DNA of 64,000 nt from the NCBI GenBank assembly GCA_023515725.1, contig JALDTO010000266.1:1633608-1697607 (forward strand), read 5' to 3'. Shown in pieces: positions 13,468 through 26,292 of the stretch (positions are counted from its first letter, which is position 1; the number at the start of each line of letters is the position of its first letter). The stretch is from Amoeboaphelidium protococcarum X5. Lineage: Eukaryota > Fungi > Aphelidiomycota. The notes beneath the pieces were generated by a model, which saw only the letters and a program-made list of their open reading frames with translations, was not told the origin of the DNA and ran no database searches. A program made the position numbers and the translations under genes.

Positions 13468-14676
13468 ATGATGCATTCGGTGGCTCTCTAGCAGTAGTGC
13501 TGTGGATAGCACATTAATGGTGCAGATGCTAATCGGCAAGAAGATGCATATTACGTGCGTGGTCGTAAATCTGTTAAATTATCAAGTTTGAAAGATTCGC
13601 ACTTGGAAATGCAATCAATGTCCTCTATCACAGTGTTGAATTTGGAGTTTTGCTCTTTGGATAATCTTGGTATAGATTTCAACTTGTGCACTCCTCTACT
13701 TACAAAGTTGATCCTTCGTGGTAATTAGTTGAGATAAATACCTCAGTCAGTTTATCGATTGAAGCACCTTGAACACTTGGATATATCTCGTAACCAGATT
13801 GATGGTCTTCTCTTGTCCGATGATGAGTATAAGCGCATCAATGTTCATGATATTTGGCCGCGATTACAGAATCTTATTGCATTTGGTAATTTTATAACAG
13901 CTTTACCTCAAAACATCTCCTAATGGACACGCTTATAGATTCTCAAGATGGGCAATGATTTAGGAGAAGGAAATCGCTTATAATCTGTGCCAGAGTCCTT
14001 ATATCAGTGCTCCGAGTTGGTTGAACTTGATTTATCTAATAACTTGATATAACGCCTACCCGCGAGGATTAATTAGCAATTATAATCTCTATCTGTAAGT
14101 GGAAATCTTATAGTGGATCTCCCTCAATGTCTCTAGTACGCGAAAATGTTGGAGCGCCTGGATTTGTCTGATAATATGATCACCCACATTCCCATCTTTA
14201 TTGATTAGCTCTAGTCATTAAAGTATATCAATCTGAGTCGGAATGATATTCGCTGTATTCCGTTTGCATTAACCAAGTTCATGTCTGAGAGGACCGTCCT
14301 CATGGCTGGTAATGCAAGGCTTGATTAATGCATAGCTGAATAGCTACGAACAATGGAGATTCGAGATTTAGAGTTCCCATCACTCAGAGCTATCGCTTAA
14401 CGGAAGTTGCTTTAGTAGGTAAGTGATAAAAGCGATAAATAATGCAAGAAGCAATAAAAGTTGTAGCTTTAGCCTTATGATACGTCAATCTTCCAAGATA
14501 AGGATTGTTCAATATGTGATGGGTGTGAATTGCCTATAGTCAGTAATAAGGAGTTGATTACGAAAGAGTAATTAAACTTTAGTGGTTATCCTCAATGTAA
14601 CTTTGATCTCCGACTATGCTCCTAAAACTGTGCAGGTAAATGTAAATTGCGTCTGAATAAGAATCTCGACTGGTGA
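13468..14676 (+). CDS. Leucine-rich repeat protein with a BC-box-like motif and Cys-rich C-terminus (LRRC58/LRRC28-like)
   Basis: Multiple LxxLxLxxNxL repeats (LTKLILRGNQL, LEHLDISRNQI, LVELDLSNNLI, LERLDLSDNMI), then FPSLRAIAQRKL and CSICDGC...LCSQNC. Confidence 0.85.
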
Positions 14677-14797
14677 ATGGGCATAATATTATTATTATAC
14701 GCGTACAAAGTGTACTATGGTGTATTATAATTACCGAGACATTTAAATAATATTATAGACAATCATCATCAATTTATATAGTATGTACAGTGGATAT

Positions 14798-15521
14798 TCA
14801 AAATAATCTTATGCTGAAGGTATTTACAAAGTCTGGAGATCTGCTGATGATATGCTACACATTAAATGCATTTACGATTGGTTCATGACGAACGCGTAAT
14901 GTTATTGTCACTATAGATGAATATATCCATGCATAATCTCACCTCAAACTCCACAATGCTAAGCTTCTTTTCCTCATCTGCGTTCAGTACGGACTCTTTG
15001 AATGTTTACTCTACAATCTGGGCAATCTCTGCCTTATTCAGCTCCTATCCAACCAGGCAATTTACTATATTCTCTACATCCTCCGGTCCTATCGATCCAT
15101 CTTCGTCAAAATCGTACATTTTAAAAGCATAGAATATCTTGACTTCTCTCGTAGCCTACACTAATTGTTATTAGTATCAATAGCATTTGGAAATTGTTAA
15201 ATAGTAATAACACTGTAGATACTGTACCTCTTGACTAAAGACACTGAGGAAATCGATAAATTCTACAAATCCAATCTGTCGCTTCTCATTTGCAAATACA
15301 GAGGCTAATCGATGTCGGAATGGATTGTGAACAAGTTCTGGAATATCCATAAACTCTTGCTGGGTGAGATGCTTATTCAGAGGATTCGCTCCCTTCTTCT
15401 TGCGGGTTAACTGTTCGAAGCTGTCCATTACTTTGATCACCTCTCCTTTAGTGAAGAATGTATCCTGCACAAATCTATCCAACTCCTCTGCATTAAGATA
15501 CTTGGATTACTTTTGTCCCAT
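14798..15521 (-). CDS. Calcium- and integrin-binding (CIB) family EF-hand protein, likely N-myristoylated (2 introns)
   Basis: MGQKQSKYLNAEELDRFVQDTFFTKGEV..IPELVHNPFRHRL..FIDFLSVFSQEATREVKIFYAFKMYDFDEDGSI..EFEHIISRSPDFVNTFSIRL. Confidence 0.85.
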
Positions 15522-16090
15522 ATTTATTTTTTTATTTCTGAAGACAAGTATTCTGGAGCTGAATATAACAATGGAATAATGGCAGTACTGTACTGGAGAT
15601 ATATCATACAACAAAGAAACGTTTAAGAGGCTTGAAACTGACTGAAGACAATATTGTCGACAATAGACGCATCAACAACAAACACTATGTGTAAAACGTT
15701 GTTGCAAAGAGTGAGTGGCTGAAACAGAATAGAGGGGACTGATGTTACAGCAAATGCTGATATACGTTCTTCTTAGCTTACCGCTGCTACAATGATAATT
15801 TAATTTTCCTCTTGCCAGTAAGTCCACCGTAGAGAACTGGAGCGCTTTTCTGTATTTTGACCCGCCTGAGACATGAAGCGTTGAATCCTTATTTAACTAA
15901 AGAGCATTTTTATTCACCAGTTATCGACTATTTTCACGTTATTCCTTTTGGCCACAGCACTGCATTATTGGCCAATACAAACGAGTGTGTGATTTGCATA
16001 AAATATGCCTTATCTGCCTGGTGTGCTCTGAGTACCGCTCTTGCCCAGCGAGACGACTGATTAACGCGCTTCTCTTTTACTTTAAATGCG

Positions 16091-17577
16091 ATGCCGCTGA
16101 AGAAGCTATGTAACTATCGCGATCTTAAAAGTATAACTACTGCCAAAAATATGGATGACTGATCCTTGATAGAATTATCTTTAAGTATCGCGTACGTTGT
16201 AACCTCACGTCTAATGTAGAAAGGTATAGCTAATTTGGAAGAGTAAGCGAAGGCTTTTTAGTAGTGACACACACGGTGAAGATGTGAGAACGTATGTCAC
16301 GCCCTGATTTTCGTGGATCTGCAAAGTAAAGTCGAGATCCCACATCTCCGGTAGAATATGAGAGCGGCATAGAGAAATGCTCAGTTGGAGGCTAGCGCAA
16401 AAGCTAAAGCCAGAGCAAGAGTTGAAGAGGAGCGCATTACGTAAGAAGCAGCTAGAAATCGTCCTCATGCTTCTCTTGTTGGCCTCATTGGAGAGGTTAT
16501 CGGTGATACGGAGATTCAGCATACCTAGCCTGCGTCCGAACGATTCGCGCTGCTTGCTTTGGTATGTTAAATGAGGGAAATCAAAGTGACCTCAAGGCCG
16601 TATGAAATGTTCTGTCTGAGAGCGGCATTCTCGATGGATTCGACTCTAATCTGCTGGCTTCTTAAGTGGTAGCCACTTCTGAATAAGCCGAAGATTGTTA
16701 GCAGGCGGCTCCTCAGCCAGCACAAGACATAGTCGTCTAGGAGCTTTAGCGTGACTTCGGTAATAACGCAGCTTATCTACAAGAGCCTGCCCAAGATGAT
16801 GTTGATGAATTCTTTGTTTAATAAGACTTTAGCGTACACTGGGTAGAGGGAGCTGAGTTATGCTACGCCTAGCGAAGGGCCTGGTACCACTATAGGTGAT
16901 GAATTGCAGTCAGAGGAGTCCGTGAGAAGACTGTGGGACGCGAAATCTTAAAGGGTATCTAAGCTGGCTAACTGCATTGAGTACAATCCGTACTGCGAAA
17001 AGGAGAGTAACATGGTAACAAAGCGAGCTGAATGGTTCATTAAGAACTTTGAGGTGACTATGCGCGCCGATCATTGATCGGAAGCTCAAATGATAAAGTA
17101 TATGCAAGCCAAGATTGCTACGACGCAGTTCTAGGATGCGTAAGTAATGATTAAATAGAATAGAATTTTAATCCGCATTTGCAGATTGAGAGAGACAAGC
17201 TGAATGATGATATCTAGGCTCTTTGCAATATAGTGTACAACAAGACTCTGGATCTTCAATAACTTTTAAAAAGGAAGGAGGAGGATCAGGTGACAGCGGC
17301 CAGTTTAGTCTCCGAAAGTTTCAAGTGGATGAGAGTCAAGCCAACTGCTAGTGACAAACACAATAAAGAAGTCATAACGTACGAACCATACAATAACTTC
17401 GTGAATCTGCAAAGTACAGTCGAGAGTCAAAACTATGGATGCCTTGTTGATCAAGCGCATGTCTGGGACCTATTACTGTGTGGGAGATCAAGTCGAATTC
17501 ATAGCGGCTCTATTGTAATGTTAAAAGGCGTACAGAGTTAATAGATGAATGACATGCGGAAAATAATGGTATAATGA
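16091..17577 (+). pseudogene. Degraded gene of unknown function
   Basis: Protein-like, Q/E-rich reading segments and GT-AG intron-like sites, but broken by in-frame TGAs and frame changes. No family recognised. Confidence 0.35.
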
Positions 17578-17642
17578 TTTAAAAAAATTTATTGTTTCAT
17601 TAGATTTTCATCCTGCAATACAATCAATACCTTGAGAATAAA

Positions 17643-19955
17643 TCATTTCTCCATCTTAATCAAGGCATAGAGCAGATTGCAGCATTGACGCGCCTCTGAG
17701 GCCAACAAATTGATGTGCACCTTTTCATCGTAGCGAAAGGAGAATCCCATCTTGTGAAAGTCTGAGGGTACAATACTTTCCGGATAACATGCCACCTTCT
17801 TGATGTACTGCTTGATGCGCTTGTTCAAGTAAATGTTTACTTGATGATAATTAAAGTCATCATGACACATTCCACCCAGCCGTAGTACATAATACCATAC
17901 AGCTTATCTAAACGGCCAAGTGTCCACATTCTCCAACTCATCCCGAGAGTTATTCAGTGAATAATCGGTAAGATTCAGGATAGCATTAAACTCAGCATCA
18001 AGCATATCACCCAACTCTGGCAAGTATTTAGTGATAAGACTGACACCATGCTCTTCCCAATTATAATCCTAGAGACGGAATATGGAGTACTCGGAGGACT
18101 TGACATCGAAATCAACATGCTTCAATTCTTTATCACCCAGGAAACGCTCATAATCTTCCTGAAGGAGAATGGCATTCAGTGCATCTTCACCATCCACCAC
18201 AGGACTTTACTTGGCACTCATATCCATCGTGAATGTATCTTACTCCTCCAGATTAGCGAATACTTCCGCTCGCTTTTCTGATGGAATATCCTGCTACATA
18301 TTCTCTCCTCCGACAGTATTATCCTTGTTATTGTTGTTATCATTTATATCATCAATATCGTTATCGAAGCTGCTCTTGCTCGTCAAACGCTGCATCAATT
18401 AAGTTGTATGCTACACCGTCTAACTCTAGTCCTAAGCATCATCAATATTATTATTTCCACTAATCATTCTACTCCTCCTTATACCCGTGATATTAGCATT
18501 AAATTCTTCATCCAATCCATCAGCTAATTATGATGAGGACGACGATCCACCCAAGTTCTCCATTGAGCCACCCAACAGATCATAGTCAGGCACAATACCA
18601 CAGCCAAGGACAAAGCTAGACAAACCTTAAAATTTGGCCATTACCACGATGGCCAGCACCAATTCACTCTTTGACCACGCGTCATTACCTTTGGTAAGAG
18701 CAGTAATGTGATCCTTTTTGATACGCCATGGCTGATGTGCCATTAGAGTATTCAACTCTGACAGATCCTACAACTTTTGCGGCGCACTCTTCAGTCCATT
18801 CAACCACAGCGGATCTCCTCCATTGTGAAGAAACTCATTAATCTGCAGTTGAATCAAATACTGGCATTGATGCTGAGATGCAGCCATAATAGCAATGTAA
18901 TTCCTCCATGATCTAGGAAGTGGACCTTAAAGTCGCAGAATCTGATTAAACGACGCCATAAACTTCTCCAAATAATCTGGAAAGTAGACAAGGACGCGAT
19001 AAACGTTAGACAGTCGACCATTGGTGAGGAAGGCCTACTCCATGATATCACGTTGAATAGTATTATTGACATCCAGAGGCACCAGCTTAGACCCCGGAAT
19101 GAAGAAGGATGGTGAATTGTGAACAGGCTTCGGTATGATCATCCCATATTCCCTCAGATGGGCAATATACTGAGTAAATATCTACCTAACTTCAGCAAAC
19201 GGACAGTTGGTAGACATTCGTAACATCACCATAATGTGATAGCGCAACTTATGTCGAATGGACGCGAGCTCTTCCAAATCGGTCTACGACTCTGAGTCAT
19301 CCGCTTAATGCTCTCCGTGATTAGCCTAATCTACAATTACATTCGCATTACGAGCATACACACCGTCACTGCCACTAAATCTTTCAGCTTATTGTTATTG
19401 GCCCACTTTAGTCATCATTTCATCATGTCTGACGCCATACTCATGCAAATACTCAATCCATTGACCAATCTGCTAAATTAATCTGTCCGCCGATTAAAGC
19501 CTCTGCTGCTTATCGTTGATGTACAGTCCATTGAATAGATTAGTTTTCACCGGCACAATGTACTAAGCAGCAGTATTATTATAGGTCATTATTTTACGAC
19601 GTTTAGTAGAATCGCTGCTGGTTTGTGGATCGCGAATGGTGGTGGTGTTAATACTTCGAGTGTTATCCATCATTAGCGAGCGCTTATCTTCCTCCTTCTC
19701 GTCTCCAGTCAGAAGAAAAGATGATTTTCTGAGTGGCAACTGAGTCTCCGCCGCGTTTTGATCTTTTGCTGGCAACATCAACAAAGAGAGCGGTTGCGAC
19801 CAAGACGAGGAGAAGGAAGAGTCTTTTTCTACCGATTGATAGAGTGATCGACGACTCTCAGTGACACAAGACTGGAGATCATTATCTGCATCAACAACCT
19901 TGTGTAACGTTTTCATGTACAAACCAAAAGCTTAATTAACTTTATTGAGTACCAT
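17643..19955 (-). CDS. SESN: Sestrin (PA26 family; 770 aa with a long N-terminal extension)
   Basis: [99 protein letters not shown]. Intronless TAR=Q ORF. Confidence 0.93.
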
Positions 19956-20444
19956 TAAGTGATATTTTGTTTTTTTTCTGCTGTTATACGAATGAGACTG
20001 ATAATGCGGGATAGTGAATTCAGAAGCAATGAGAAATGATGAATACAGTACCGCATTAGACCAGTTTCAGTGGCGTGGGAAGAAAATTTCGTGTGAAACA
20101 AGCAAGATTTTGTCAAGTCACTATGAAGCGTATCGTCCACTATACTAGCGCAAGTGAGCAATATCTAGTGTGTAATTAATGCAAGTCATTGGCATATCAA
20201 TTCTCAGATTTTTCTTCATTTATAAAGGTATCATTTAGCCTGATCAGGCCAGGCCTCAAATGCCTTCACCAAATGAAGAGTCTATTTATAGATGAATTGA
20301 TTTCAATCCGTAAAGTTCTTATTTATAAGTCGTAATATCATCCTCATTATTATTACGCTGCAGTCCATTTATTTTTTGCAATTTAATAGTTAAGATAGTA
20401 GAATCAATCAATATAGAATTTTTGGAAATAGATTTCACATCGCA

Positions 20445-23252
20445 ATGAGGGATATCTACCAGTAGAAAGATAAAGTTGTACAATCAGCGTCAAGAAAGTC
20501 GTCGAATGTCGTGGGCGTTCAGGATGCAGAAAAGGTGATGCTGCTGAAACAACAATAACAATCAACACAACCTGAACAGTAGTAATAGCCATAGTAATCC
20601 GACAATGATAATGTATCAGTATCTACTCCCATTCCTCCACCTAGAAAAGAGTCTGCCACCTCTCTTGGAAAGGAATCGTCCGCTTTGCCAAAAGATAAGC
20701 CTTTGCGCCCTATCAAGCCTTCTGGATTGTCTGTCGTTTAAAGTGTCGCTGATTAACCGCAATAATCTTCATAATCCGTATAGCAGTCAAGTACCGCTGC
20801 TCAATCAGAGTCGAATGATATCACCGTTGTGTCCAAGGTAAGCAGTATCAAGGCTAGCTTTATGAAGGATAGTAATGATATCTCGCTTTAGAAACCTCGT
20901 AGTCTCAATAACGTCAGCCGTCCAAGCGGAAGTAGAATTGCCTCGATGGTGAACCTTTATGAACCAACTGCTGCCTTAACGCCTTAATCCCAGTCGAAAT
21001 CAGATTAAGCTAATGCTGTTGAATAACCTTAGGTGTCGAGCACTAAATAGGAGGATTTCACTCCTACTGACGTCAAGGTTGAGTAACGCGATGTTCCTCC
21101 TGTGTTGCCTCCTAGGCAGAGATCAGCCAAAGCCAACAACGAAACCAGCGAAAAGACTGAGCTTTTAGGAAATGTACAGCAGGTGATAGAAGCCATAGGT
21201 TCTGATAATGTTAGAGATAAACACGAGGTAGCTGTATTAAGCAAGTCTGATCCAGAGTTGCAAGCTTTAAGCGCGTCAAATGGCTATGTTAATAAGTTGG
21301 CAGAGATTTTAGCCCCGGTGGTCAAGAATGTTCATGAATAGAAAGCACCGCATTTAAATTAATCTGGTACGGTCAAGACTGTGACAGAGTCTGCAGTGAC
21401 TTTGCCTGAGATCAGGTCGCCAACTTAATATTCTTCTAGTAGATTGATTACAGCTGTGTCTCCTGACAGTGAGAAGAAGACATTTTTGGATGATGGCACA
21501 GTCGTGATGTCGAGTCTGCCTAGTGCTCATAGTCATGACAATGTGCCTTCAATTTCATCACATAATGATGAGGATTTGTCGTCGTCAATCTCAAGTTTGA
21601 GCACTCATTCTAAAAACCAAAAGGGCGTCAATACTCAGTATGTGCACCCACTGAGAGCTAATAGTGACCGAGAGAAGTCAAGGATGGATTTTAGTAATAC
21701 ATTTAGGAGAAAGAAGAATGTAAAGAGTGTTATTGTTGAGAATTCTAGCAATAATTCGTTGGCTTCAGTAAAGACAAATGGTGGTAGATATCAAGAGCAG
21801 CAGAGACCAAAATGGTATGATTTGATTTTAGATGAAGTCGAGCGAGAACGTTTATTAAGCTCAATGAACAAGGACGATAAGACGCGTCAAGAAGTATCAT
21901 ATGAAATCCTGTCAACGGAGTAGGATTATATAAACGACCTGAAGCTTATTGTGGAGACTTATGTCAAACCAATTCGAGATAGAAAAGTCAAAATTCCTTT
22001 TGAACTGGCAGATTTATTCTCTAACATTGAGCAGATTCTGCCTGTAAACGAGGCCTTTCTTTAAGAGTTAAAGCATTGCAGAAAGGACTATCTATTGGAA
22101 GGCGTGGGGAATGCATTTCTGGCCGTGGCTGATTATTTCAAACTGTACACCATGTACTGCGGTCTCCACGCCAAAGCTATGGACTCATTGTAGAAGGCAT
22201 TGAAAGCAGATATGCCTATTAAGACATTTTTGAAAGAGGTTTACTCTCGATAAGAATTCGGCGGCCTGAATTTGGAGAGTTTTTTGCTTAAGCCTGTACA
22301 GAGGATTTGCAAGTATCCACTGTTTTTGCGAGAGCTATAGAAGGCTACTCCTGATGATCATAAAGATAAGAGTCGACTTGAGAAGGCAAGTGCTAAGATT
22401 GATGACATCGTGGCCGTGGTGAATGAGCGAACTAAGCATTTAGAGTCGATGATGTTAACTATTGAGGCTATTAAAAAGATCAAAGGCGGTGCTGAGTTGA
22501 TGAACCCGACGCGTAAAATATTGGCGGAGAGCTGGTGCCAAGTGAAGACATCGAATATGGAAAATGGTATTGATCAGACTAGGAAGTGTTAGGTGTTTCT
22601 GTTCAATGATCTTCTAGTGTTCACTAAGCCTCCTAGTATGATATCTAGAGATAAGAATGTTGTGTTGTCGTCATTCTCCACTGACCATCTTACATGGCTT
22701 GATGTCGTTGGAGAAGATGTTCTTCAGAACAGTTTGATGTTGATTGATTCAGTCACTTTGGATGTGTATTAGTTAATATTTCTATAGTAGGCCGATAAAG
22801 AGAGGTGGATTGATGTTTTCGAGGAGGCTCAGATCTAGCCGGAGTAAGCGCAGTCTTATGATGCTCTTATGAGTAAAATCCATGCAAAATCTCAGCATTA
22901 GCAATAACTATTTGGCACAGAGCGCAATGAAGCTAACTCACAGCGCACCAGCGCGTTGGTAGAAGAATCATCTAATATCCCATCACTTGAGCATAGAAGG
23001 AGAGAGTAAGCAGGCCTGGTATTGGCAACTATCACCGGTGCAGATCAAGAACCCAACGTGCCGATTGACATATCCTCCAGTTTTAAAGAAGATCCACTGT
23101 TAGAGAGTATACTAAAGCCTTTATATAGTCTCTCGTTTGTTGACACGAATTTTGTCATTCATACTGGCAGTGACGGAGATGAAGATGATATTACTAGTAC
23201 TAGCAAAGTGACAAGCGTGTTATCAAACACTAAGTCAAGTATTGCGTAATGA
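20445..23252 (+). CDS. Dbl-family RhoGEF (DH-PH) with a long low-complexity N-terminus (935 aa)
   Basis: RQEVSYEILSTEQDYINDL..LFSNIEQIL..FKLYTMYC..LESFLLKPVQRICKYPLFLREL..VNE, then a PH-like FLFNDLLVFTK. Four ORF-track pieces fall in one frame; ends TAA-TGA. Confidence 0.92.
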
Positions 23253-23404
23253 ATGATGTACGAAATTGATGCTTTTACAACAACTTATGGATGATGTGTG
23301 GAATAGATTACCTTTGAATTTTACATTTACCGCGTTTATCGTCTTGACTTTACTTAGCGTTATTAATTCTTCACAGCACTAGAACATTTGATATACTCAT
23401 AACG

Positions 23405-24769
23405 ATGTTAAATGCGCGATATCAGTTACAGCTAAGCATACGCTTTTATAAGAGGTAGACAGTTAGATTCTCTATTCAATTACAAGATTCTAAAGTGGCG
23501 AATACGAACAGTGTTACGCGTCAAGATGGTGTTGAGAAGGAGTTGACGAGAGAGTTTATACATGACTCTTTGTACAATCCAGAGTATGGATACTTTAGTA
23601 AACGCGCTCTGATATTCTCGCTGCCTCGACCTATTGATTATAGTTAGCTTAAGAATACTGGGGAGTTTCAGGATTTAATCTCATCTTATTACAAGAGATT
23701 TGATGAGCTGAAAGATGATGCCAGTGCTCAGATCTGGCATACTCCCACAGAACTATTTCGGCCTCACTATGCGAATGCCATTGCCGAGTATATACTGCGC
23801 AGTCATGAGTAATAATAGAAGTAGCATGGAGAACAGCCTTTAGTAATTTATGAGATGGGAGCTGGAAATGGTACGCTAATGAAGGATGTAATGTCATACG
23901 TCAAGAGTAAGAATCCATCGCTATACGAATCTGCAGAGTACAACATTATTGAAATATCAGACAACTTGGCAAAGAAATAGAAACTCAGCAAGGCTTTGTA
24001 ATAACATGGAAATGTCAATATTATAAATAAAAGCATATTTAATTGGAAAAAGGTTGAGAGTAGAAGGTGTTATTTCATCGCTCTTGAGGTGATTGACAAT
24101 TTTGCTCATGATGTCGTGCGATGGAGTTTAGATTCTCATCCAAAGTAGTAGTAGTAGTAGCCATACGAAACTCTGGTGCATTTCGACTCTGAATTGGATA
24201 AATTTGTGGAAAACTATTAGCCTGTGACTGATGATCTGATATAGGAGTATCTGGAGTTAAGATCGCAGATTATCGGCTGTCCATCTCCTGTAATTCAGTA
24301 GATGAGCATGTTGGATCGCCTCCGACAGAAGTTTAATCCATTTAGTGTTGGTCTCTCTGAACCTGAGTGGATCCCCACCATGTAGATGCACTTTTTCAAG
24401 TAATTATCGTAATACTTCCCGCGTCATAAATTGATCCTGTCAGACTTTGACTCTTTGCGGACTAAAATTCCTGGATTGAATGCTCCTATAGCCTAGACTC
24501 GGTAGCGTTTCTAGATGATACCTTGTACCACTTATCTGCTACCCAAAGGATGGTTCGATATATTCTTTGCCACTGACTTTGAACTAATGTCTTCAATGTA
24601 CCGACTTATTACATAGGAAGATGTGTAGTAGGAAGATATGCTGGATGTTCAAGTAATGAAGCATCGCGACTTTTTCCTCAAGTATGGACAGTTGAACAGC
24701 TGTAAGACTGTGTCTGGCGAAGTCCCTCTACTGGACTATTACTCCAACGTGAAGTTTATGCTATCATGA
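23405..24769 (+). CDS. Mitochondrial SAM-dependent arginine methyltransferase, MidA/NDUFAF7 family (454 aa)
   Basis: REFIHDSLYNPEYGYFSK..WHTPTELFRPHY..IYEMGAGNGTL..YNIIEIS..FIALEVIDNFAHD..ILSDFDSL..GWFDIFFATDF. Confidence 0.88.
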
Positions 24770-24957
24770 ACATTGGCGCAGCCTCACTCTACTTTATCGC
24801 GTCGTACTTTGTGTGCGTCAAGGAAAATAATAGAAAGAGTCTGATGACTAAAGATTATAAACTTTCAACCTGTATCACCTTCTATTACATTTCGTTACTT
24901 TCATCTTGTATGACCCTTCGTTTGCTCTTTACAACTCTCTCTTTCAAACCACTTCAT

Positions 24958-25860
24958 TCACCAGAAGCGCTATTAGACAGACCAAGGCTTAGCGCGAGTA
25001 AGCAAATTGACCATGATTATAGACAGCGCGTACATATCACCAGCTTTCAAAATTAAAGGCTAAGTTTCGGTGAAGCGCATTCTGAATCTAGTCAGTAGCT
25101 CAGGCGCAGCATACGATAGAGACAATCCACGCTACTAGCTAACTTGGAAAGCTTACACCAACAACGCACTATCTTCCGTGATAGCAGAGATACCCAGATC
25201 TGAAAGTATAGGGATAAGCCAACCATTCTCATCCACATCCAACAGCACATTCTACGGCTTTAGATCACAATGGACAATATGTTGGCTATGCATGTAAGCG
25301 ATGGTTTGAGACAGAATAAGCAACAGTTTATGCAACTAATTCTTGGACATCGGATACATTAAGCAGCAGGACTCTATCCAAGAGCATAATCAGATAAATC
25401 ACCCATTAGGATAACATTTGATCAGCATCACGGCTTCGTTATATCCACAAAAGCCATGCAGCTTTGTAATTGACGGAACATCTCTGAACTTTTACAGTAG
25501 ACTAAGCTCTTGATAAAAGGCCTGCTGTTCACTAGCTTGCATTTAAGTAAATGAACGAGTACTAAGTTTGGCCACCATTTGGTCATTTCCGACGACTTAA
25601 ACAAGTGATGGAGCAATAGGACGAGCCATGTATATCTTGGACGTTCCACCGGCAGCAATTTGATTCAGCACCTAAAAGTCAACGCCAAAATTGAACCTGA
25701 GGAAAGCTGGGATGTAAATAGCGTAATTGGTAGGCAGTCCAGAAGTGTTAGTCTACATGGCTGTTCCAAATACAAATGCAGTGTTCTGCTAATAAGTAGA
25801 ATCCGTACCAGCGTTAGTACCAAAAGTAAACTTTGGTCTTTTGCGCCCGGATTAAAGAGA
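24958..25860 (-). pseudogene. 5'-truncated, frameshifted receptor-like/TKL-type protein kinase
   Basis: Juxtamembrane-like RKRPK, IPAFL..IAAGGTSKIY, VAK, FYQELSLL, HCDLKPQNVLL, SDLG, YAAPE, GDMYAL. Two frameshifts near 25400 and 25350; no start codon or TM segment upstream. Confidence 0.8.
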
Positions 25861-25875
25861 CGCGTCAAGCTATAA

Positions 25876-26292
25876 ATGTCAAATTATTATGAGGTACTAG
25901 GCGTAGAGTAAAGTGCAGATATAAGTGTCATAAAGAGTGCTTATCAAGCGATGGCCTTGAGATTGCATCCTGATAAGAATCAGACGGTAGATACTAATCA
26001 GTTTAACGCGTGTTAGAGAGCTTGGGAAGTGTTACGCGACAATGATGCTAGACGGTAGTATGATATGGAGCTATAATTGAAGAGGGCATAAACTAGTGTC
26101 AATGCGCTCATATACGAGTCTATTAAAATTGGTGAGATGGATGGGGTGAATGGTCGGTATGAATATCTTTGTAGGAGCGGTGGTACATACTCAATTGGCC
26201 ATAATGATGTCCCCACTGACACTTAGTCTTTACTGGTTGAATGTGACAATTGTTCCTTTCACTTACAGATAACTTGTTATGAAAACCATTGA
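25876..26292 (+). CDS. DPH4: Diphthamide biosynthesis protein 4 (J-domain plus CSL zinc finger; 138 aa)
   Basis: NYYEVLGV..AYQAMALRLHPDK..AWEVL..RRQYD, then CRSGG..VECDNCSF. Confidence 0.88.
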
